Origin: Fonticula alba ATCC 38817
Lineage: Eukaryota > Protista > Nucleariida
Strand: one strand, 5' to 3'
DNA: 7,169 nucleotides
Assembly: GCA_000388065.2 (NCBI GenBank)
Contig: KB932212.1
Below the pieces are notes generated by a model, which was given only the letters and a program-made list of their open reading frames with translations, was not told where the DNA came from and ran no database searches. Position 1 is the first letter of the stretch. Every line of letters begins with the position of its first letter. The translations under genes were made by a program, and so were the position numbers. Shown here piece after piece: positions 1-7,001 of this stretch.

Positions 1-936
1 CCCCCCCCCACCGCGAGGCGGGATTCCGGCGAAGAGCCCGATCCGCGCACAACCCACGCCTTTTCGCCGGTATCGCCGGCGCCCTCCCTGGAAAGGCGGC
101 CCCTCGCCGCCGACCCGGCAAGGAGCTGGGCATTGTCCGTTGCCCGTCCCCTCTGCCGGGCCGCCTCCCCCTGCCCCCTCCCCCACGGGGAGAAAGGGGC
201 CAGAAGGCCGGGATCTCGAGTGACGAGATATTGCCCTACAGGGAGAGAGGGCGCGGGCGAATGGGCGCGGGGGGCGGCGGCAGGGGGGAAAGGGACCAAG
301 ATTACTTCCCCCCCCCCCTCCCCCCTGGGCGCCCCTTCTTCTCGCAAGCTTTCAAGGGGGAAGGGCGAACGTGTATTTGCCTCCCCTTCTTCTGGGGGAG
401 GCGTCGCATCGGTGGCCGATGCAGGAGCCCACTCAGCAGCGGGCATGTGTGGCTCTCCCTCCTGCTGTGGCTGCCTCCTTCTCGGCCTCCGCCGCCGGCG
501 AAACGGGCCAGCGGCGGCGGCGGCGGCGAGGGGGCCGGGCGGCACAGCAGGATGGGAGATTGCTCGGAGGGGGCTTTTTTCTTTTACTCAAGGACAGGGA
601 GGGGGGCTGCGCGCGCTTGGACACGGCCGCCTGACGAGCGGCGGCCCGACACACCCAGGGGGGGGGACTACATCGGGCACGGGCGGCCGCCAGCAAGTCA
701 GGCGCGCAGCGCAGCCTACCGGGCGCGTGGCGGTGGCGGTAGCACCATAGCCACACCGGAGGGCAGGCGGGGGGAGGCGAGGCCAGGGGACAGGGGCCGA
801 AGGGGCAGCAGCCAAAGGACGGGGGGTGCGCGCGCGCGCGAGCAAGGGCAGGAGGGGGGGGGCGCGCGCGCGCGGAAGGGCGGCGGGCTGCACACGGAAA
901 GGACCGGGTCTCCGAGGGGGTGGGGGGGGGGGACGA

Positions 937-3056
937 TCAGTCATCGCGCGAGAGCACCCGCGGCACCCGGCCCAGGCTGGACTTGGCCAGGGACTGGTCG
1001 ACCAGCATGGACAGGATGGAGGACTCGCGGTCGCGCTTGGCGCGCAGGTACTTGCGGCCCTCGGCGGCCGAGGCCCCGCGCAGGGCGATCACCGCATTGT
1101 TCTGGCCCAGGGACACGATTTGGGAGATGGGCCGGTCCGGGGAGGCGGCGGCGCCGCGCTCGCCCAGCCGCACCGGCGGCTTGTGCTTCTCCAGGCGGCA
1201 GATATTCCGCGCGATGGTGACCCCATGCGAGGCGGCCGTCAGGGCCAGCTTCTCGCAGGTGAGGTTGCACGCGTCGCCGCCGCTGAAGATCTGCTGGTGG
1301 CCCTCCACCTGCAGGGTGGCCTGCACCCGGATGAAGCCCGCATCGTCCAGGATCTCCGGCATGGACCGGCGGAGGAACTGCGTCTGCGGCACCATGCCCA
1401 CGGCCACGATGTACTTGTCGCAGGGCAGCAGCAGGCCGTCGGCCGTCTGGAGAACCGTCCCATCGACATCGACCCCGACCACGCGCTGGCCCAGCAGCAC
1501 GCTGACCCCGAGGCGCTCGAGGTTGCGCGAGGCGATCTGGTGCGCCTTGCGCGGCAGGCGCTTCAGCAGGCAGTGGCTCGAGGAGACCAGCGTGATGCGC
1601 TTGTCCGGGAAGCGCTCGGCAAAGTCGCAGGCCAGCTGCACGCCGACCGCCCCGCCGCCGATGATCACCAGCGACCCGGCCTCGGTGATGTCCCGGCCCT
1701 CGCTGGCCAGCTTCTTCAGCCGGAAGGCGATGGTGCTGTTGTCGCTCTTGATCGGGGTGTTGTGCAGGGACCCGCACCCGAGGATCAGGTAGTCATACGG
1801 CACGTCGGCATTGTTGACGCGCACCGCGCCGCGCTGCACCTCGCAGCAGTACCCCTGCACCACCCGGCCCCGGTGGATGTACCGCGAGTGGGGGAAGCGG
1901 AAGCGCTCGGCCGTGGCCGGGTCGCCCCAGGCCTGCGCGATGCCGGGCGTGAACTCGAAGTAGTTCTTGTTGTCGATCAGCGTCACGTGGAAGCGCGGCA
2001 TCTGGTCCAGCACCATGGCCGCATAGGCGCCCACCATGCCGCCCCCGACGACGACCACCCGGCGCACGCCCTCCGGCAGGGTGCTGTGCAGGTGTTGGCA
2101 GGGGGGGGGGGGCGGAGGGGGCGGAGGGGCACCGATGCCGAAGTGGGCGGCGACAGGCGAGCCGGGAGCGCGTGTGCGCGCGCATCGGTCAAAAAAGGCC
2201 GGCCGGTGTGGAGGGGGGCATTTTTTTTTTCGCACACAGGTTAGAGGCAACATCGAAAAGGGACACGGGTCGGGCGGTGTGTCGTGGCTCCCCCGGCCCC
2301 GGGCGCGCGCACGGTGGTGGACGTACGGCGAAATGTGGTACGGCGAGTCGAGGTACATCTTCAAGAAGCGCGGGTAGATGGACACCTCGATCAGGCGGAG
2401 GACCTCATCGAGGGCGGCGTCGAAGACGCGCAGCTCCTCCTCACGGTCGGACGAGTCTTCCCGCGGGTGGTGCCCGGCGCCGGCCAGCTGCAGGTCCGTG
2501 CTGGTGGTCAGGCTGCCGGCCGAGGCCGACCCGGGCCCCGGGCCGTCCAGCAGCAGGTCCTGCCCGCCGATCAGGCTGGTCAGGGACTGCGTCCACCGGT
2601 CGGTGATGCCGTCGGCCGCGGCGGCGGCGGCGGCGGCGGCGACGGCGGCGGCCCTATCCAGCGCGCCGCCCGGCGGGGGGGTCGGGCTGCCGCCGGGCGA
2701 TCGACTGGTCGACGAGAGGGACGCCGTGTCGTACAGGTGCCCGGAGCAGCTGGACACCGGGTAGCAGTCGCCCGGCAGGGAGGTGGGCGAGGCCGGCGCC
2801 CCGGGCGACCAGCCGCCCTCTGGCGTGAAGTACTCCCCGGCCGAGCCGCCGAACCAGGCCCCGGTGCGAGAGTGGCAGCTGCCGGGCCCGGCCGCCGGGC
2901 AGGCGTTCATGGGCGCCAGCCCGGGGCTCGGGCGTGCCGGCAGCGTCAGCAACCCGGGGCAGGAGTGCGACTGCTCGATCGGCTGGCCATGCTGGTGGTG
3001 GTGGTGGTGGTGGTAGTGGCCCTGCTGCGGGTGGTGGGGGGAGGCGCTGCTGCTGC

Positions 3057-3087
<31 letters not shown>

Positions 3088-4143
3088 GAGGTCGGCCACC
3101 GACGCGGAGTACCCCACCGGCAGGGGGGACAGCCGGTGCGGAGCGGCCCCGGGCACGGGCGACGGCCCATTGGCGGCGTCGAACCACTGGGTGCCGGAGC
3201 CGGTCCAGCCATCCGGCACAAAGGCCCCGGCGCTCTCGGCCGCCGACAGGGCCATGTCCGCGTGGCTGAGGGCCGCCAGGTCTTCGCACTCGGTGGACCG
3301 CGACGAGGACACCGACGTCGACCGGGGCCGGTTGCCGCCCAGGAAGAAGTTCTTGATGCTGGAGGCACGCGCGCTGGTCGGGGTGGCCGGCCGGCCGGTG
3401 CTGGCCGACCCGGCCGAGGACACCGACGCCAGGGAGCTCATGGATGTGGCCGGGCCCAGGGGCGACCCGGGGGCGGCGGTGGGGCCCGGGTCCGCGGCCG
3501 GTGGCTCGGCGCTGGACCCGCCACGGAAGAGACGCCCGGGCGAGAGCTTGGACAGGCGCCCGGCCGGCGAGGCCAGGCGCTCGACCGGGCCACTCGTCGG
3601 GGCGTCCTCGGCGGCCCCGGCCCCGGCCCCGGCCCCCGGGCAGCCACTTGCGGAGCAGGCGGAGCCCGACCCGGGCCCGGAGTCGGACCCGGTGGCCGGC
3701 AGGGCCAGCGACGAGTGCGATGACCCGGCCGACTCGGAGGGGTGGCTGGCGGCCGAGAGGCGCGACCCGCGGGCCCCGGCCTGGATGAGGTACTTCTGGC
3801 TGGCGGCCAGGGTTTGGATGCGGGTCTTGTGCGGCAGATTGAGGGACATCGGCGAGTCGGGCAGGATGTAATCGTGCACGATGCCGGAGATGGAGGCGCT
3901 ATTGCGATTTTGCTTGAAGTTGAGGACCGTCTCCACGAAGATGATGTTCTCCTCGGCGAACTCCTGCCCGGCGAAGGCGCACAGGGCACTGCGCAGGTCG
4001 GTGTTCATGATGACATCCACCAGGGAGAAGGTGTTGTTGGTGGAGTCGTCGATGATCTTGGACCGGTCGGTGCGGCCGTGGAAAATCGGGTCATGCCGGC
4101 GGAGCTTGTCGTGCAGCTTCACCATGCGGATGCCGTGTGCCGT
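937..4143 (-). CDS. Spliced gene for an RGS domain + AIFM2/FSP1-like FAD-dependent NAD(P)H oxidoreductase fusion protein. Exons 4143 (or ATG 4125)-2327 and 2083-937; possibly 5'-incomplete.
   Basis: Frame open from 4323 to TGA at 937-939. Recognisable RGS motifs (FAEENIIF, YILPDSPMSLNL, FDAALDEV..IYPRFL) and two Rossmann GxGxxG motifs plus a GD motif. Codons are overwhelmingly G/C-ending. GT-AG intron at 2326-2084 preserves frame (...YHISP|TLPEGVRRVVVVGGG). Confidence 0.92.
940..2064 (-). other. AIFM2/FSP1/AMID-like pyridine nucleotide-disulfide oxidoreductase domain (Pyr_redox_2, NDH-2 superfamily)
   Basis: FAD-binding RRVVVVGGGMVG (GGGMVG at 2029-2046), VTLIDNKNYFEF, YDYLILGCGS, NAD(P)H-binding LVIIGGGAVGVQLA, FIRVQATLQVEGHQQIFSGGDAC, KLALTAASHG and IVSLG..A. 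All are collinear with human FSP1 as I recall it. Confidence 0.9.
2084..2326 (-). other. GT-AG spliceosomal intron, 243 nt, phase 2
   Basis: Donor CC|GTACGT at 2326 and acceptor CACAG| at 2084 after a C-rich tract. CTAAC branch-like motif at 2240-2244. Contains A/T homopolymers and non-coding composition. Donor and acceptor phases match. Confidence 0.85.
2353..2433 (-). other. RGS domain, C-terminal part (approx. helices 7-9)
   Basis: LRVFDAALDEVLRLIEVSIYPRFLKMY matches the RGS C-terminal consensus FDxAQxxIxxLMExDSYPRFLxS. Confidence 0.85.
2618..2641 (-). repeat. Coding (GCG)8 tract, poly-Ala
   Basis: Direct reading; encodes part of AAAVAAAAAAAA. Confidence 0.9.
2989..3087 (-). repeat. Coding trinucleotide repeat cluster: (GGC)9 Gly9, (AGC)5 Ser5, (CAC)6 His6
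   Basis: Plus strand has (gcc)9 at 3061-3087, (gct)5 at 3046-3060 and (gtg)6 at 2995-3012. Confidence 0.9.
3784..4029 (-). other. RGS domain, N-terminal part (approx. helices 1-6)
   Basis: FSLVDVIMNTDLRSALCAFAGQEFAEENIIFVETVLNFK...IVHDYILPDSPMSLNLPHKTR matches the RGS consensus (F..EFSEENxxFW; IY..YI...AP.EVNI...R) by eye. Confidence 0.85.
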
Positions 4144-4466
4144 CTGGTATGTCGGGAGTGAGTAGTCCGATGAGGAGCGCCGGCGAAGGGAGGGCGCCGC
4201 CCGTGGCAGTGCCGGGCCGGCGTTCGGGGGCGTGCCGCTGACCCGGGAGGGGCTATCTCCCCCGGACCCCAGGGGGAGATCGGTGCGCGAGGGGGCTGTG
4301 CGAGGGTGCGCGTGCCGACCGGGTCAGCAGGGGGATGGCCCAGGAGCGAGGGGGCGGCGGTGTGGGAGGGGGCGTACCGCTGCGGAGCATCTGGGACCGA
4401 GGAGGTGCGCGCTAGGCGTGGTGGGCGGGGCGAGGCGGGATGTCGGCGTGGGTGTCGATGATGGAC
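4144..4466 (-). other. 3' part of a probable upstream intron (donor not visible, probably in the gap)
   Basis: Pyrimidine tract, TACTCAC branch-like motif (4158-4164) and ACCAG| acceptor at 4144 in phase 0 with the CDS. In-frame TGA at 4324-4326 shows this stretch is not coding. C-rich on the sense strand, like the other intron. Confidence 0.65.
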
Positions 4467-5401
4467 NNNNNNNNNNNNNNNNNNNNNNNNNNNNNNNNNN
4501 NNNNNNNNNNNNNNNNNNNNNNNNNNNNNNNNNNNNNNNNNNNNNNNNNNNNNNNNNNNNNNNNNNNNNNNNNNNNNNNNNNNNNNNNNNNNNNNNNNNN
4601 NNNNNNNNNNNNNNNNNNNNNNNNNNNNNNNNNNNNNNNNNNNNNNNNNNNNNNNNNNNNNNNNNNNNNNNNNNNNNNNNNNNNNNNNNNNNNNNNNNNN
4701 NNNNNNNNNNNNNNNNNNNNNNNNNNNNNNNNNNNNNNNNNNNNNNNNNNNNNNNNNNNNNNNNNNNNNNNNNNNNNNNNNNNNNNNNNNNNNNNNNNNN
4801 NNNNNNNNNNNNNNNNNNNNNNNNNNNNNNNNNNNNNNNNNNNNNNNNNNNNNNNNNNNNNNNNNNNNNNNNNNNNNNNNNNNNNNNNNNNNNNNNNNNN
4901 NNNNNNNNNNNNNNNNNNNNNNNNNNNNNNNNNNNNNNNNNNNNNNNNNNNNNNNNNNNNNNNNNNNNNNNNNNNNNNNNNNNNNNNNNNNNNNNNNNNN
5001 NNNNNNNNNNNNNNNNNNNNNNNNNNNNNNNNNNNNNNNNNNNNNNNNNNNNNNNNNNNNNNNNNNNNNNNNNNNNNNNNNNNNNNNNNNNNNNNNNNNN
5101 NNNNNNNNNNNNNNNNNNNNNNNNNNNNNNNNNNNNNNNNNNNNNNNNNNNNNNNNNNNNNNNNNNNNNNNNNNNNNNNNNNNNNNNNNNNNNNNNNNNN
5201 NNNNNNNNNNNNNNNNNNNNNNNNNNNNNNNNNNNNNNNNNNNNNNNNNNNNNNNNNNNNNNNNNNNNNNNNNNNNNNNNNNNNNNNNNNNNNNNNNNNN
5301 NNNNNNNNNNNNNNNNNNNNNNNNNNNNNNNNNNNNNNNNNNNNNNNNNNNNNNNNNNNNNNNNNNNNNNNNNNNNNNNNNNNNNNNNNNNNNNNNNNNN
5401 N
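4467..5401. other. Assembly gap, 935 N
   Basis: Run of N. Confidence 1.
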
Positions 5402-5776
5402 GGGGGGGGGGGCACAAGCGTGGGCACGGCCTGACTAGCCTCAGGGAATGGGGGGGAGTGGGGGCGGTGGCGTGCGCGCCGCCCGGCGCCCAGGCTGCAT
5501 GTGCCCGGCTGGGTGCCCGGACACCGGCCGAGGGTCCGGGGTGTGTGTGCGACTTCCCGTGCACCAATAAGTGCCGCGTCGGCGGCCCGCACCGCATGCA
5601 CCTTTCCCGGAAGGGTGGCCGAAAAACCAAGGAAACGCCCTCCGGCGCGGCTGACTTTCGCCGGGATCCCGCAGTGCGCAGATGTGTATGCGCGCGCGCA
5701 TTCGCGCCGGGCGCGGGTTTACCGGGCGCGTCGCGCCCCACGCGCGCACGCCGCGGAGGGCCCCGCCCCACCGGGG

Positions 5777-5797
5777 CTCTCTCTCTCTTTCTCTCTC
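5777..5797 (+). repeat. 21-nt pure pyrimidine (CT)n / GAGA tract
   Basis: ctctctctctctttctctctc-type run read directly. Confidence 0.8.
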
Positions 5798-5896
5798 GCC
5801 CCCTGTGGCGGTCTCGCCGCCCTCTTTCCGGAGCCGGGGCCGGCGGCCGATCTGCCCACCCAAGAGGCACCGATGCCTGGGGCGCGGCTGGGGCGG

Positions 5897-5909
5897 AATA
5901 AAAAAAAAA
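5897..5909 (+). promoter_or_regulatory. AAT(A)10 poly(dA:dT) tract in a GC-rich background; possible nucleosome-disfavouring element
   Basis: The tract is read directly; its function is inferred. Confidence 0.3.
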
Positions 5910-6105
5910 GCCCACCACAAAGGAGCCCAGCGCGGCGGGACCCATGGCCGACGGGTGTTTCAGTGTACACTGGCGCCGGCCGGCCGGCCAGCCGCCACGG
6001 CGAGGCCCCTCCCCCGCGCGCGCGCGCGCCCCTGCGGCGCCAGCACGAACCCTCTGGCCGGCTCGGTGCGGCACACCGGCATCCGGCGCCGGGCTCCCAC
6101 CCCCC

Positions 6106-6529
6106 TCGGCTCCGACCGGGCGGGGATGGTCTCGGCGCATCGCCGGCCTGCATGGCGGCGTTTCACCGCGCACGCGCCAGCCCGCACAGTCGGCGGTCTG
6201 TGCGCGCGCGCGCGCGCGAACGCGCCGGCTCCGGCGCCTCCTGTGATGGGCCGACTTCCCGGCGGCCCCCGCGCCTGGTGTGGCTTTCACGGGCACGATT
6301 ACAAGGNNNNNNNNNNNNNNNNNNNNNNNNNNNNNNNNNTCGGCTCCGACCGGGCGGGGATGGTCTCGGCGCATCGCCGGCCTGCATGGCGGCGTTTCAC
6401 CGCGCACGCGCCAGCCCGCACAGTCGGCGGTCTGTGCGCGCGCGCGCGCGCGAACGCGCCGGCTCCGGCGCCTCCTGTGATGGGCCGACTTCCCGGCGGC
6501 CCCCGCGCCTGGTGTGGCTTTCACGGGCA
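6106..6529 (+). repeat. 190-nt exact direct repeat (6106-6295 = 6340-6529) flanking the 33-N gap; probably unmerged overlapping contig ends
   Basis: The copies look identical, including the (CG)8 length. The second copy starts exactly at the first base after the gap. Confidence 0.9.
6307..6339. other. Assembly gap, 33 N
   Basis: Run of N. Confidence 1.
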
Positions 6530-6558
6530 GGCCGGCCGGGCCCCGGCCCTCCGGTCAA

Positions 6559-6641
6559 CCCCGCCCCGCCTGCCAATCGGGCACGCCCCGCCCGGCGGCC
6601 AGCTCGAGGCCCACCCCTTCCGAGGCCAGCCGGCCGATTGG
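6559..6641. promoter_or_regulatory. Candidate TATA-less promoter: GC boxes plus two oppositely oriented CCAATCGG boxes
   Basis: CCAATCGG at 6573-6580 (+) and at 6634-6641 (-). CCGCCC boxes at about 6560-6570 and 6588-6593. Confidence 0.45.
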
Positions 6642-6698
6642 TGCCCCCGACCGCGCGCGCACGCGCTTCCCAGCCCCGCGTCGTCCTGTCTCGGGCGG

Positions 6699-7001
6699 GT
6701 GAGTAACGCGCCGACGAAAGAGGAAGGCCCCCCGCCCCCCCGGCGGCGGCGGCGGCGGCGGCCTTGCCCGGCGGCGGCCATGTGTGGCAGCGGCCGCGGG
6801 TCCGCCAGCGCCTCGGGCGCGCGCGTTCCCGGCGGCCGGCGCGGCGGCCGCGACCACGGGCGGCGCCCCCTCCCGGTCCTGGACGGACGCCGCCGCCGCC
6901 GCCCTCCCAACACTGCACCGACAGCATGGTCCCCCCCCCCCCTCCTCCCCACACACCCCCCGGCGCCCCCGGGCCCGGGGCGCTGACTAATTGGCGGTCA
7001 G
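6699..7001 (+). other. Probable GT-AG intron (303 nt) of a divergent plus-strand transcript
   Basis: Donor GG|GTGAGT at 6699, C-rich tract at about 6929-6970, branch-like GCTGACTAAT at 6982-6991 and TCAG| at 7001, with no AG between 6925 and 6999. Confidence 0.5.
6741..6761 (+). repeat. (CGG)7 microsatellite in non-coding DNA
   Basis: Direct reading. Confidence 0.85.

Larger units (their letters stand above)
2434..3783 (-). other. 450-aa low-complexity (S/G/A/P-rich) coding insertion inside the RGS domain
   Basis: 1350 nt, in frame, between the two RGS halves. Repeats are trinucleotide and keep the frame. I saw no convincing splice signals within it. Confidence 0.75.

Noticed and set aside
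178-327. Small hairpins (178-192, 213-229, and 281-289 pairing with 319-327) as terminator or ncRNA
   Set aside because: Stems of 6-9 bp made largely of G/C runs are expected by chance here, and no RNA family is recognisable.
584-593. TTACTCAAGG also present inverted at 7002-7011, as possible terminal inverted repeats of a mobile element
   Set aside because: Only 10 nt, with no target-site duplication or transposase; compatible with chance.
826-3723. Long plus-strand ORFs (826-2244, 920-1792, 2284-3723, 3170-3871) and alternative minus-strand frames
   Set aside because: Antisense and shifted-frame shadows of a GC3-rich gene, with no recognisable domains.
4158-4164. GTGAGTA as a plus-strand splice donor (same 7-mer as at 6699)
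   Set aside because: Better explained as the minus-strand TACTCAC branch motif 15 nt from the in-frame acceptor. Conversely, the 6699 copy could be a minus-strand branch site, which is why that intron has only moderate confidence.
5897-5902. AATAAA as a polyadenylation signal
   Set aside because: No plus-strand gene is visible upstream of it, and it is simply the edge of an A-tract.
6296-6306. CGATTACAAGG before the gap resembles the start of a FLAG-tag coding sequence (DYKD)
   Set aside because: Only about 10 nt, at a low-quality contig end. Most likely chance or a mis-assembled tail.
6106-6529. 190-nt tandem duplication as a biological repeat or enhancer duplication
   Set aside because: The copies look identical and the second begins exactly at the gap edge, which is typical of unmerged contig overlap. 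Read mapping would settle it.
4119-6986. ORFs of 300-800 aa crossing the gaps
   Set aside because: Their length comes from N runs and the duplicated segment; translations are R/P/A/G-rich noise.
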